A stretch of 64,000 nt of DNA from Candidatus Parvarchaeum acidiphilum ARMAN-4 (GTDB taxonomy: Archaea; Nanobdellota; Nanobdellia; Parvarchaeales; Parvarchaeaceae), in contig GG730044.1 in assembly GCA_002412065.1 (NCBI GenBank), positions 349 to 64,348 of the forward strand, read 5' to 3'. The notes under the pieces are model-generated. The model saw only the letters and a list, made by a program, of their open reading frames with translations, searched no databases and was not told the DNA's origin. This document shows positions 45,454 to 55,385 of the stretch, piece by piece; the first letter of the stretch is position 1, and each line of letters opens with the position of its first letter. The position numbers were made by a program, and so were the translations under genes.

Positions 45454-47229
45454 TCACTGCTCAACTCTTTTCATCTTATAGTCTTCTAAAAGCCTTTTGT
45501 CTTCTATTTTAGTAGGCGAACCATCAATAGGGGATTCAAAGCTCTTAGTCTTTGGAAACAGTATAAAATCCCTTATACTCTGCTTTTCCTTCAGGATAGT
45601 AACAAAACGATCAAGGCCTATTGCAAAGCCAATATCTTCCGGAGCTCCAAACTTAAGTGCGTTTATGAGAAAACCAAAAGTATTCAAGGCTTCCTCTTCC
45701 TGCATTCCTATCATATTAAGTATTTTAAGCTGCAAATCTGCATTGTTTATTCTAACCGCCCCTCCTCCGATTTCATTTCCATTCAACACAAGATCAAACT
45801 GCCTGCCCCTTACTTTTTCAGGTTCTTTTTCTAACAATTTTATATCATCTGTAAATGGAGCTGTGAATGGATTGTGTGATGGATTTAGTTTTTTAGTTAT
45901 ACTGTCAACTTCAAACAATGGGAAGTCAACTACCCAAAGAAAAGAAAACTTGCTGCTGAATTTTCCTATCTTATCCCCTATCACCTTCCTTACCTTGCCT
46001 AATGCCTGTAAAAGAAGCATTTCATCCAAGTCAGCTCCAAATATTATTATATCCCCGTCTTTTGCCTTAAGAGCCGCAATTATCTCATTCTCTACATTTG
46101 ACAGCGAACCTGCAATTGCCTCTGGTATGGATTTCAATTTTCCATTTTCAACAAAGAGCCATGTAAGGCCTTTTAACCCGTTTCCCTTTGCAATTTCTAT
46201 CACATTAAGCATGAAATCTTTTGTTATTCTTTCAGATTTCCCATAGTCTGCTTGAAATGAAGCTGCCTTTACTTTACCTCCGCTTTCCAGGACTCTTTTT
46301 ATAATATTATAACTACTTTTTTTCATTGACTCTGTGATATCGATTATCTCATAGTCGTATCTTAGATCTGGCTTATCGCTGCCGTATCTTTTTATGGCTT
46401 CTCCATACTGCAATCTCTTAAAAGGTAATTTTATGTCCTCATTCATTATTGATTTTAGTATCTTTTCTATAAGGCTCTCTATCAAAGACATAATATAGCT
46501 TTCATCTTTAAATGAAACTTCCAAATCAAGCTGAGTAAACTCTGGTTGCCTGTCCTCTCTTTGATCTTCGTCGCGAAATGCCCTTGCTACCTGAAAATAC
46601 TTATCCAAACCTGCTATCATTAAAAGCTGTTTATATATCTGCGGAGACTGCGGCAGAGAATAAAACGTTCCCTTTTTAATCCTAGAAGGCACTATAAACG
46701 GCCTCGCGCCAGTCTCATAAGTATCCTTTACCAAAGTAGGAGTTTCTAGCTCAAGAAAGCCATTGTCCCAGAAAAACTGCCTTGCTAATTTAGTAACCTT
46801 GTCCCTAAAAACTATATTACTTATCATCTCTGTTCTTCTTAGATCTAGATATCTGTATTTTAACCTTAAGTCTTCTGCCGCAAGGAACTTGCCTTTTTCA
46901 TCGGTTATTTCAAATGGCGGAGTTTCTGCTTTGTTTATTATAATCAAGTCTTCAACTATTACTTCGAACTTCCCTGTAGGATTTTGTTCATCGATAGTTT
47001 CTTTGTCTCTCTCTTTGACTAAACCCTTTATTCTTATAACGTATTCCCTTCCAAGGGTCTTTGCCTGCTCTAAAAGATCGCCGTCAAAAACTGCCTGTGC
47101 TATTCCAGTTCTATCTGCTAAATCAACGAAGAGTTTTCCACCATGGTCTCTAATGTATCTGCACCACCCGTTCAAAGTGACCTCTTTATCGACTAATTCT
47201 GCAGACAAATCACCGCAATATGCATCCAT
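45454..47229 (-). CDS. aspS: aspartate--tRNA ligase, bacterial type (with GAD insertion domain)
   Basis: 591 aa. Motifs RYLDLRR, FRDEDQREDRQPEFTQLD, GGGAVRI and APEDIGFAIGLDR. Last gene of the gatCAB-aspS string. Confidence 0.9.
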   Translation of the reverse strand: MDAYCGDLSAELVDKEVTLNGWCRYIRDHGGKLFVDLADRTGIAQAVFDGDLLEQAKTLGREYVIRIKGLVKERDKETIDEQNPTGKFEVIVEDLIIINKAETPPFEITDEKGKFLAAEDLRLKYRYLDLRRTEMISNIVFRDKVTKLARQFFWDNGFLELETPTLVKDTYETGARPFIVPSRIKKGTFYSLPQSPQIYKQLLMIAGLDKYFQVARAFRDEDQREDRQPEFTQLDLEVSFKDESYIMSLIESLIEKILKSIMNEDIKLPFKRLQYGEAIKRYGSDKPDLRYDYEIIDITESMKKSSYNIIKRVLESGGKVKAASFQADYGKSERITKDFMLNVIEIAKGNGLKGLTWLFVENGKLKSIPEAIAGSLSNVENEIIAALKAKDGDIIIFGADLDEMLLLQALGKVRKVIGDKIGKFSSKFSFLWVVDFPLFEVDSITKKLNPSHNPFTAPFTDDIKLLEKEPEKVRGRQFDLVLNGNEIGGGAVRINNADLQLKILNMIGMQEEEALNTFGFLINALKFGAPEDIGFAIGLDRFVTILKEKQSIRDFILFPKTKSFESPIDGSPTKIEDKRLLEDYKMKRVEQ

Positions 47230-47233
47230 ATCC

Positions 47234-48520
47234 TTAGTTATTTAGCATGCTTTTTATTACTTTCTTTATAAAATCTGCAGCTTCCTTCCCGCTAACATGA
47301 TATTTTTCCTTTACTTTCCCTATCATAAAACCCATTGCCTTTCCATCATTAATTCCTCTATCAAGTAAGCTCTTATCTAAAGAAAGCATCTCCTTTATAC
47401 CTGCCTCAATTTCCTCTTCATCTGCCTTTTCTTCATATTTGCTTGTCCTGCCAAGAAGCTGCAGAAACCCATCCTTCTCAAGCGAGCTTATATCCTGCTT
47501 AATCATCTTCTTAAAATCTTCCTCAGAGTAATCATCTATACCAAAAGATGCGAGCTTCTCTATTAAAGAAACGCCTTTTTTGAATTCATCTTTACTTAGA
47601 CCGATTAGCAGCGAAAGATTTTTCTTATTAAAGAGTATCAATTCCCTTATTGTTTTTTCGTTATACTCCTGCTTGTATGCAAGTTCCTTTGCTACGCTGC
47701 TTGCTATTACTGCTTTTTGTATTGATAATTTAGTAGTGTCATAAAACGTTAAATCAGGCTCAAAAGTGAAGCCGTATTCTTCTTCCGTTTCCTTTTCCCT
47801 TGAAGAAACAGTTTCGTCTGTATCCTCCTTGTAAGACCTTGTTTCGGCGTTTATTTCCTTACCCTCTTGTATAAGGGAGGACTGCCGTCTTATCTCATAT
47901 TCTGCTGCGGCAATTAAATTTCTAACTCCAGTAACGTTTTTTATCTCTACTCTCTTTTCTGCCAATGATATGTTTAGGTCTGTCTTTAGTTCCTGGTTTA
48001 TGTTAACCCCTTGATAGTACAGTATGCTTCTTAATTCCTCTATGAAACCCTTAAGCTCATCTAGGCTTGTTATATCTGGCTCTGTAACTATTTCATTTAA
48101 AGGCACTCCTGACCTGTTAAAATCTATTAAAGAGTAATCCTTTTCGCGTATTATCCTTGCTGGGTCTTCTTCTATCTGAACCCTTCTTATTCCTATCCTT
48201 TTACCGTTTAAATTTACATAGCCTTTAATTCCTACTGCGCCGTCTAACTGCGTTATCTGGTATCCTTTTGGTAGATCGGGGTAAAAATAGACTTTCCTAA
48301 CAAACCATGTTTTTTCATTTATTTCACAGTTCAAAGCCTTTGCTATACTTGTTGATATCTCCAAGGCCTTTTGATTTAAAACAGGTTTAGCGCCTGGTAA
48401 ACCTAAACATACTGGGCATACGTTTGAATTAGGCTCTTCCTGATTTTCATAAGCTAAATCCGAACAGAATAACTTTGTTTTCGTAGGCAACGCAACATGC
48501 ACTTCCAGCCCAATTTTCAT
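47234..48520 (-). CDS. gatB: aspartyl/glutamyl-tRNA amidotransferase subunit B
   Basis: KIGLEVHVAL start, a CPVCLGLPG zinc motif, and a C-terminal YqeY-like tail (AMGFMIGKV). Confidence 0.9.
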   Translation of the reverse strand: MKIGLEVHVALPTKTKLFCSDLAYENQEEPNSNVCPVCLGLPGAKPVLNQKALEISTSIAKALNCEINEKTWFVRKVYFYPDLPKGYQITQLDGAVGIKGYVNLNGKRIGIRRVQIEEDPARIIREKDYSLIDFNRSGVPLNEIVTEPDITSLDELKGFIEELRSILYYQGVNINQELKTDLNISLAEKRVEIKNVTGVRNLIAAAEYEIRRQSSLIQEGKEINAETRSYKEDTDETVSSREKETEEEYGFTFEPDLTFYDTTKLSIQKAVIASSVAKELAYKQEYNEKTIRELILFNKKNLSLLIGLSKDEFKKGVSLIEKLASFGIDDYSEEDFKKMIKQDISSLEKDGFLQLLGRTSKYEEKADEEEIEAGIKEMLSLDKSLLDRGINDGKAMGFMIGKVKEKYHVSGKEAADFIKKVIKSMLNN

Positions 48521-49848
48521 CAGCTTACCTCCTCCTTAAACTTGTACTGGAAATCATTTTCCCATTCTGATAAAAAATCTAAAAGAGAATAGTCATTAAA
48601 ATGATCTGTTATTACCTGAGCACCAAGAGGCATCCCTTTTTCATAAAAATACGGAAAGGACAGGTGTGGAAAACCACACAAATTTGGCGGCACGGTAAGC
48701 ATGTCCATTGAATACGCTTCTACAGGGCTTATGTCTTTTACTTCGCTTATTTTTGGTGTAAATATGGGCATAGTTGGCATTATAATAAACCCATCTTTAA
48801 GAATTTTATCCATCCTTCCTATTATTGCATGTCTGATGGCAAGCGCCTTCTCATAGTATTTCTGCTTTATGCTTTTGCTCCTTATGAATGTCCCAAGTAT
48901 AACCCTTCTTTTTGCTTCTTTCCCAAACTGCTTCCTGGCAGACATAAAAAATTCATTGTAATTCAATGAGAAGTCTTTGACTTTGAAGCCGTATTTGAAT
49001 CCCTGGTATTTTGCAAGATTTGTTGAAGCCTCAGACATTGATAATATATAGTAAGCAGGAACTGAATACTCCAGATAATCCATCTTTACATGCTCAATCT
49101 TATAGACTTTTGCGGATAATTTAACTAGCAAATCTTCAAACCTGTCCTTTATTCCTTCATTAATCCCGGCCATTAGATTATCAATCACGTATAACTTGTT
49201 TGGTTTTTTATTAGATATTGCAGTTGAAAGGGAAGTGGTGTCATTTGGATCACTGCCAATTGTACTTTCCATTACTTCTCTTATGTTATCCGCACTTTTC
49301 CCCATGAAGCCTATTTTATCCAGAGAACTTGCATAGTCTATCAAGCCATACCTTGATATTACACCATAAGTTGGCGTTAAACCTGCCACTCCGCAGAAGG
49401 AAGCAGGAGCAGATATTGAACCGCCTGTTGACTCTGCAATTGAAACATGTTCTTTTATTAAAGCCGTTGCTATTGCACTGCCAGAACTGGAACCTCCCGC
49501 AACATATTCTTCATTAAATGGGTTCTTTGCAGGGTTCTCTGAATTCAAACCAAAACTTCCAAACCCGAATTCGTCCATGTTTGTTTTGCCTATTACTGAA
49601 AATCCGGCCTTTTCCAGCCTTTCAATCGCCGTAGCATTGAATCCTGGTGTATAACCCTGTAATATCTTAGAAGAAGCCGTTGCCGGCATTCCCTTGACGC
49701 AAATATTATCTTTTACGCTTATTATCTTTCCATTTTTTTCTTTTTCATCTATAAAATTAAATGCATTTAGCTTTTCGTTTGCCTGCTTAAGCCGCGAAAT
49801 AAAACCTTTGTATTCATCGTCTTTCAAACTAAGGAACTTGCCAGTCAT
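48520..49848 (-). CDS. gatA: aspartyl/glutamyl-tRNA amidotransferase subunit A
   Basis: Amidase signature GGSSSGSA; KDNI; 442 aa. Confidence 0.9.
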   Translation of the reverse strand: MTGKFLSLKDDEYKGFISRLKQANEKLNAFNFIDEKEKNGKIISVKDNICVKGMPATASSKILQGYTPGFNATAIERLEKAGFSVIGKTNMDEFGFGSFGLNSENPAKNPFNEEYVAGGSSSGSAIATALIKEHVSIAESTGGSISAPASFCGVAGLTPTYGVISRYGLIDYASSLDKIGFMGKSADNIREVMESTIGSDPNDTTSLSTAISNKKPNKLYVIDNLMAGINEGIKDRFEDLLVKLSAKVYKIEHVKMDYLEYSVPAYYILSMSEASTNLAKYQGFKYGFKVKDFSLNYNEFFMSARKQFGKEAKRRVILGTFIRSKSIKQKYYEKALAIRHAIIGRMDKILKDGFIIMPTMPIFTPKISEVKDISPVEAYSMDMLTVPPNLCGFPHLSFPYFYEKGMPLGAQVITDHFNDYSLLDFLSEWENDFQYKFKEEVS

Positions 49849-50117
49849 ATTTTCGGCCCCAAAAAATAAAATCTGTAATTTTCCCCATTGTAAAATACAT
49901 TCTCGATTTCATTCTTATTTTCATTGCTGTCATCTCTAAGTTTCTCAGGAATTTCAACTGAGTGAAACGCAAGCTCTTCATCGTTTAAAGAAACGTCTTC
50001 AAGTTTGTCAAAAAACCTCAAGATATCGTTTATATCCTTCTCTATATAAGCCGATTCTTCTTCGTCTAAGTCTATTCTAGCAGTCTTTAACAACCTGTTA
50101 AATTCATCTTTTTCCAT
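49845..50117 (-). CDS. gatC: aspartyl/glutamyl-tRNA amidotransferase subunit C
   Basis: 90 aa and acidic. A 4-nt overlap with the gatA start is the typical operon position. Confidence 0.72.
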   Translation of the reverse strand: MEKDEFNRLLKTARIDLDEEESAYIEKDINDILRFFDKLEDVSLNDEELAFHSVEIPEKLRDDSNENKNEIENVFYNGENYRFYFLGPKI

Positions 50118-50175
50118 GGTTAAGATACAATACTATAATCTACAATATTAAATAAAACAAACTGTATAAAAGATA

Positions 50176-50481
50176 ATGAAAACGCTTGTTATAAAAATAC
50201 ATTTTGAGATGGATAGAAACACAAAAAAGGAAAGCGCATCGCTTCATAAAATCTATAAGTGGGCCGATGAAATTTTCAAATCTGGTTATACAATTTACAA
50301 GACAAAAGGAGTGTGGAATGGAAAAGCTACTGACAGCTTCACAATAGAAAGATACGAAAAGAACCTTAAATTAGCGGAAGACAAAAATTTTATTAAGAAA
50401 TTAAAAAGACTGAAAGAGGAACTTAAACAGGAAGAGATAATAATAACTAAGTTTATCGCGGATATGGACATAATCAAATAA
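50176..50481 (+). CDS. hypothetical protein
   Basis: ORF only (101 aa). Confidence 0.3.
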   Translation: MKTLVIKIHFEMDRNTKKESASLHKIYKWADEIFKSGYTIYKTKGVWNGKATDSFTIERYEKNLKLAEDKNFIKKLKRLKEELKQEEIIITKFIADMDIIK

Positions 50482-50521
50482 GTTATGTTAGCTATTTTAA
50501 CGACAATTTTCTATTAAACTA

Positions 50522-51475
50522 ATGCAAAAAAAAGTAGAAAACACGATATTGATAGCTTTGTTAGTGATATTTCTACTTTACTTTTTGTTTACTTACAATC
50601 TTTCTCAGGCGATAAGGGACCTTGAGAGAATAAATCTCAACTTTGTACCATATATAGTATTAGCTTGGGTATTGTTTACTGCCCTAAAATTTTTGCCATG
50701 GGAACTGACGCTTAAAAAAGTCAGGATAAAACTGCCTCTGCTTAAAAGTTTTCTTTTGATGTATGCATTTTTTGGTCTTGGAATGGGAAGCGCGGGAATC
50801 GGGCAATTCATACCCTTAAGAAAACTAGACAACTTCAAAAAGAACGCTAGGTTTTTTTCAGTTAGCATAATGATTTTTTTGGGTACAACTGGAGGCATAT
50901 CCGCAATATTTCTTGCACTTATCTCTTCTATACTTCTTTCTAAGTTTATACTATACTTCTTATTCATATTTGCAGCCGCTTACATATTCATAACTATACT
51001 AGGATTCGAATCTCCATACAAGAAGTTTATCGCAACAATAAAAAACAACAAGAGACTAAAAGCCTCAAAATCAATAAAAAAAGGGCTAAAATACATAGAG
51101 GGGATGAGAAAGCAAAGAAGCCTCATGGCCCAAAGATACCTTATATCTGGGATGCTGCTCTTTATACCCTCATTAATATCAGAGGCATTGCTTTTAGTCT
51201 TCATTCTTGCTGCATTCAATGTTAACATCTCGTTACTGGCAGGAATATTTATTTTTACTGTCTCGGTGACTATAGGAGGGATATCTTTTCTACCAGCTGG
51301 CATGGGCGTGGAGGATATATCTTTAGTAGCACTTATGGTCTTATTTAACGTACCTGGAGTTCTGGCACTTGCTAGTCTGATAATATTCAGATTTCTAAAT
51401 ACCTTAATGGTTATATTAGTAGGATATGCTATGATGGGTTTCGTAAGTTTGGATAAAAATGTTAAAAAGCTATGA
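50522..51475 (+). CDS. integral membrane protein, lysyl-PG-synthase-TM/UPF0104-like (flippase-like)
   Basis: About 8 TM segments and 317 aa. A 4-nt overlap with the following glycosyltransferase. The family call rests on topology and context only. Confidence 0.4.
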   Translation: MQKKVENTILIALLVIFLLYFLFTYNLSQAIRDLERINLNFVPYIVLAWVLFTALKFLPWELTLKKVRIKLPLLKSFLLMYAFFGLGMGSAGIGQFIPLRKLDNFKKNARFFSVSIMIFLGTTGGISAIFLALISSILLSKFILYFLFIFAAAYIFITILGFESPYKKFIATIKNNKRLKASKSIKKGLKYIEGMRKQRSLMAQRYLISGMLLFIPSLISEALLLVFILAAFNVNISLLAGIFIFTVSVTIGGISFLPAGMGVEDISLVALMVLFNVPGVLALASLIIFRFLNTLMVILVGYAMMGFVSLDKNVKKL

Positions 51476-52578
51476 AAAAGAAAATAAATGTTTTGCTGGT
51501 TTCAGTAAGTTTTGCACCGAGAAGCGGCTTAGGCATAATAGAACACGGTGTACTCTTCTATAAAGGCTTAAAAAAATACGCTAAAAATATAGATGCAAAA
51601 GCTTACAGTCTGTCAAACAAACAATTATTTGACCGTATTAACAAAACAAGTAGAGCAGCCACGTTAGATCAAGATCTGGCAGATAGCTGGAAAAAAGGAA
51701 AACCAGATATAATTCATTACATGTCACCAGGGGTATTTATTTCCAGTTTGGTTCTTAAGCCAGTATTTAACATTAGATCAAAACAGATAGTATCTGTACA
51801 TGATTTAGACATGTTAAAAAAAATACCAAAGATAGGCATAGACAACTACATAAACAAAGCTACTGTAAAAGGTTACATGTCCATTCCGGTAAAGGCAATG
51901 AATAGATTTGTACACGCTATGGAAAAAAGAGGGATGCTCCTTACAATTAAAAAGGCAGACCATATACTGTGCGTTAGCGAAGATACTCGCAGAGACCTTA
52001 TAAATTTAGGCGTTGAGCCCTATAGGATATCCGTGATATACAATATAGTAGGAAAAAACTTTAAGAGACTCAGAAAAAAACATAAAAAAGATAAAATTAT
52101 AATAGGGCATCTTAGTAGTTATGCTTACAATAAAAATGTAGAGGTATTGATAAAAGCCTTCAAAAAAGTAAAATCGGATAAATTTGAACTGCATCTTTAT
52201 GGTGCCAAATTACCATTTGAAATATCTGATGACAAAAGGATAAAGTACTTCGGCTATACTGATAACACAGTTAAGATGTACAATTCGTTCGATGTGTTCG
52301 TTTTCCCCTCTCTTTGGGAAGGATTTGGAATGCCTGTGATGGAGGCTAAACGCTGCAAGGTTCCTGTGATAACGTACAAAAAAGGAGAACTGCCAGACAT
52401 AGTAAAAAGAAACACCCTACAGTTTAAAAACCAAGAGGATTTGACAAATATGATAGAAAATATGAGATGGAAAAGGATTGATTTAAGTAAAGCTTACAAT
52501 GACACAAAGGAATGTGAAGAAAAGGTTATAATAAAAAAAATTGAAGATATGTACAAAAAAGCAATGGAGGAAAAATAA
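51472..52578 (+). CDS. glycosyltransferase, GT4 family (GT-B fold)
   Basis: C-terminal FPSLWEGFGMPVMEA (EX7E) motif. Confidence 0.82.
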   Translation: MKKKINVLLVSVSFAPRSGLGIIEHGVLFYKGLKKYAKNIDAKAYSLSNKQLFDRINKTSRAATLDQDLADSWKKGKPDIIHYMSPGVFISSLVLKPVFNIRSKQIVSVHDLDMLKKIPKIGIDNYINKATVKGYMSIPVKAMNRFVHAMEKRGMLLTIKKADHILCVSEDTRRDLINLGVEPYRISVIYNIVGKNFKRLRKKHKKDKIIIGHLSSYAYNKNVEVLIKAFKKVKSDKFELHLYGAKLPFEISDDKRIKYFGYTDNTVKMYNSFDVFVFPSLWEGFGMPVMEAKRCKVPVITYKKGELPDIVKRNTLQFKNQEDLTNMIENMRWKRIDLSKAYNDTKECEEKVIIKKIEDMYKKAMEEK

Positions 52579-53699
52579 TGCTAATAGGAACTTCAAGCTC
52601 TGCTCACCAAGTTGAGGGAAATGACAAGAACACTGATTGGTGGCATTTTGAAATGAACAGGAGGTTACCTTATAAATCTGGCAGTGGGTGCATGCAGTAC
52701 ACTTACTACAAGAAAGATATACACATAATGAAGAAACTTAAGCTAAACGCTTACAGATTTGAAATAAACTTTTCTAGGGTTATGCCATCTCCTGGGATAA
52801 TAAACATGGGCGCAATAAAATATTATAAGAACCTTATAAAAGAGCTAAAAAATGCCGGTATAGAACCAATACCGACACTATGGCATTACACATTGCCGCT
52901 TTGGTTCTACAACATACATGGATTTGAAAGGAGAGAAAACTTCACATATTTTATAAAATACGTTGACTCTCTCCTTAAAAATGACCTGGATGTTAAATAT
53001 ATTCTAACAATAAACGAACCGGTTATATATGCTTCCAAAGCGTACTTGTCAAGGGAATACCCTCCATTCAGAAGATCTTATATAATGTTTAACAGAGTAT
53101 TGAACAACATACTTTTACTGCACAACCAGGTTTATGATATATTAAAAGCAAACGGCTACACAGTATCATTTGCAAATAATTTTATGGAATTCAAAAGTGA
53201 TGCAATATTTTATCCTGTAGCAAAATCCTTGGATTATCTTTTTAATCAGAGGCCTCTGCTACAAACAAGGTTTGATTTCATAGGGATAAACTATTATAAG
53301 ACTATAGACGCAATGAGATTTTTAGCATCAAAAATAAATAAAAGCAAGAAAAAGATTTGGTTCGTGGATCCTAGAGGTATAGGTAGAATAGCGGAAAGAG
53401 AATACAAACTTTTTAAGAAGCCAATTATGATAACTGAAAACGGAGTAGATACCTTGGATGATAATTATAGAATAAAATTCATAAATGAACATTTCTCGGA
53501 GCTTATGAAAGCAAAAAAGAGCGGTGTTCCAGTATTAGGTTATCTCCACTGGTCTTTTTTAGATAACTTTGAGTGGAACTTTGGTTATAACAAGAATTTT
53601 GGGATAGTAGGCTTTGATAATGAAACAAAAAGAAGGATAATAAAGCCAAGTGCATTTGCACTTAGAGATATCGCTTTGAAGTATGGAAAGCAAAGGTGA
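52578..53699 (+). CDS. glycoside hydrolase family 1 (beta-glucosidase-like), short form
   Basis: SSAHQVEGN, NAYRFEINFSRVMP, TINEP (acid/base Glu), ITENG (nucleophile Glu), WSFLDNFEW. Confidence 0.88.
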   Translation: MLIGTSSSAHQVEGNDKNTDWWHFEMNRRLPYKSGSGCMQYTYYKKDIHIMKKLKLNAYRFEINFSRVMPSPGIINMGAIKYYKNLIKELKNAGIEPIPTLWHYTLPLWFYNIHGFERRENFTYFIKYVDSLLKNDLDVKYILTINEPVIYASKAYLSREYPPFRRSYIMFNRVLNNILLLHNQVYDILKANGYTVSFANNFMEFKSDAIFYPVAKSLDYLFNQRPLLQTRFDFIGINYYKTIDAMRFLASKINKSKKKIWFVDPRGIGRIAEREYKLFKKPIMITENGVDTLDDNYRIKFINEHFSELMKAKKSGVPVLGYLHWSFLDNFEWNFGYNKNFGIVGFDNETKRRIIKPSAFALRDIALKYGKQR

Positions 53700-54443
53700 T
53701 CACTTCTTTTTGCTTTTTCTTCTAATTGACTTAAATTTAAACTTGAAGCGTTTTGTAAACAACGCTGAAACGGTGGCAAAGAAATAAAGAAGCCCCGTTT
53801 TTATAGCGCCTTCTTTGGAATGCCTTCGGTATGACATCCTAACATGCTGTTTTATCATCTTAAACTTACCAATCTTTCTAAGTCTTGAAAAGAACTCCTT
53901 ATCTTCTGCAACGTCAATATCTTCATTAAATAAACCCGATTTTTTAACGGCTTCTGCTCTACAAAAATCACACCCATAAGCTGCAGGCAGAAATGTAAAA
54001 AAACTTACTCTTTTGTATACATAAATCAGCTCATTGAGAATCCTAAATTTTACTATGTCCCTCTTTTTAAGGTCTTTTAGACTAAGCTTTGACCTTGGCT
54101 CCATGCAGACAACCCGCTTGTTTTTATCATCTTTAAATGCCTTTACTACCGATTTAAAAAGGTTCTTTTGAAGGATATAATCCGCATCTATTAATGCAAG
54201 AATTTCCCCTTTTGCTTTTTTTATACCTGCATTTCTTGCAGAGGATACGTTTGTTTTTGGTATTGTTACAATTTTTACGTTAAGTTTCTTCAATATATTT
54301 GGTGTATTATCAGTAGAAGAGTCAGCTGCTATAATTTCGTAGTTTTTGTATGTCTGCTGTTTTATTGACTTTATCAAGTCTGAAACATAGCTTTCCTCGT
54401 TATATACAGGTATTACTACTGAAATTAACGGCATCCCTTTCAT
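53700..54443 (-). CDS. glycosyltransferase, GT2 family
   Basis: ISVVIPVYNEE start, DSSTDNT, and LIDADY (DxD). Confidence 0.85.
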   Translation of the reverse strand: MKGMPLISVVIPVYNEESYVSDLIKSIKQQTYKNYEIIAADSSTDNTPNILKKLNVKIVTIPKTNVSSARNAGIKKAKGEILALIDADYILQKNLFKSVVKAFKDDKNKRVVCMEPRSKLSLKDLKKRDIVKFRILNELIYVYKRVSFFTFLPAAYGCDFCRAEAVKKSGLFNEDIDVAEDKEFFSRLRKIGKFKMIKQHVRMSYRRHSKEGAIKTGLLYFFATVSALFTKRFKFKFKSIRRKSKKK

Positions 54444-54560
54444 ATTATAAACATCTTTAATGATATAATTAGTTAAAAACTATTTGTTTTAATTTAAACC
54501 CTGTTAAGTAGTAATATACAAATCAAAATAAGTATTTATCCACTAATATCCAATTTATAA

Positions 54561-54761
54561 ATGGGTGGTAGCATGGCATATACATTTGAATGCAAGGATA
54601 TAGGAATGGACTGTGGCTTTAAAACCAAAGCGAAAACTAAGGAAGAGCTCCTGCCAAAGATAGCGCAGCACGCTAAAGAAAAACATGGTATGGATCCGGT
54701 TCCCCCTGATGTTATGCAGAAAGTTCAGGCTGCAATAAAAGAGAAGAAAGGCCTCTTCTAA
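54561..54761 (+). CDS. DUF1059-like small protein
   Basis: MAYTFECKDIGMDCGF..EEL....QHAKEKHGM pattern. The true start may be the ATG at 54573. Confidence 0.65.
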   Translation: MGGSMAYTFECKDIGMDCGFKTKAKTKEELLPKIAQHAKEKHGMDPVPPDVMQKVQAAIKEKKGLF

Positions 54762-54786
54762 ACGCTTATATTTTTGTTTTATTTTT

Positions 54787-55257
54787 TTAATACAATTTTT
54801 CTAACACTTCTTTAGTGAATTCTTCTCTGTTTTTAAACGGAGGGTAAGATGCAATATATTTTATCCAAGGATGATGCATTAACTTGCTGTCTTCCATTAT
54901 TATATATGTTGGTTTGGATAGATGAACCGAATTATAAAAAAGCTCCATGGCTGTGCCTACACTATTTTCAGTCATTATTGCAAGTACGCCATCACACCTG
55001 TCTATAGCCTTTAGATCCCCTTCTACTATAGATTTATAGTCTGAATCATCTATGTAATTTTTTCCCCCTTTTAATTCTGTTGAGTCATTTATATAATTAT
55101 CAAAAAATGGATTAAGTAAAGTAATATTATATTTTTTCTCCACTTCTATCTCCCAATCCCTTATCTCATTCCTAGCCACTGTCGGATGCGCTAGATAAAA
55201 TATCTTTTTACCCTTAAAATCTGATATTATCTCATCAAGATTTTTTAAGATAACCAT
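54787..55257 (-). CDS. nucleoside 2-deoxyribosyltransferase-like protein
   Basis: KIFYLAHP...NPF...D...I..CDGVLAIM....VGTAMEL pattern of the family. Confidence 0.45.
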   Translation of the reverse strand: MVILKNLDEIISDFKGKKIFYLAHPTVARNEIRDWEIEVEKKYNITLLNPFFDNYINDSTELKGGKNYIDDSDYKSIVEGDLKAIDRCDGVLAIMTENSVGTAMELFYNSVHLSKPTYIIMEDSKLMHHPWIKYIASYPPFKNREEFTKEVLEKLY

Positions 55258-55385
55258 TTATTGACATTTAAATGGTACAATAAATACTTTAATTCGCATT
55301 ATACAAACAAAAAGTAGTTTAATTTTACCTATCAAATTTCTCTAAAATAGTATTATATAGCCATTTACCATAGATACAAGTTAAT

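Noticed and set aside
45497-47245. Long + strand ORFs (249 aa at 45497-46246, 160 aa at 46763-47245) antisense to the bacterial-type aspS.
   Set aside because: Ser/Phe/Ile-rich low-complexity translations with no motifs. They lie entirely inside a gene with strong AspRS motifs on the other strand. Such antisense ORFs are typical of AT-rich DNA.
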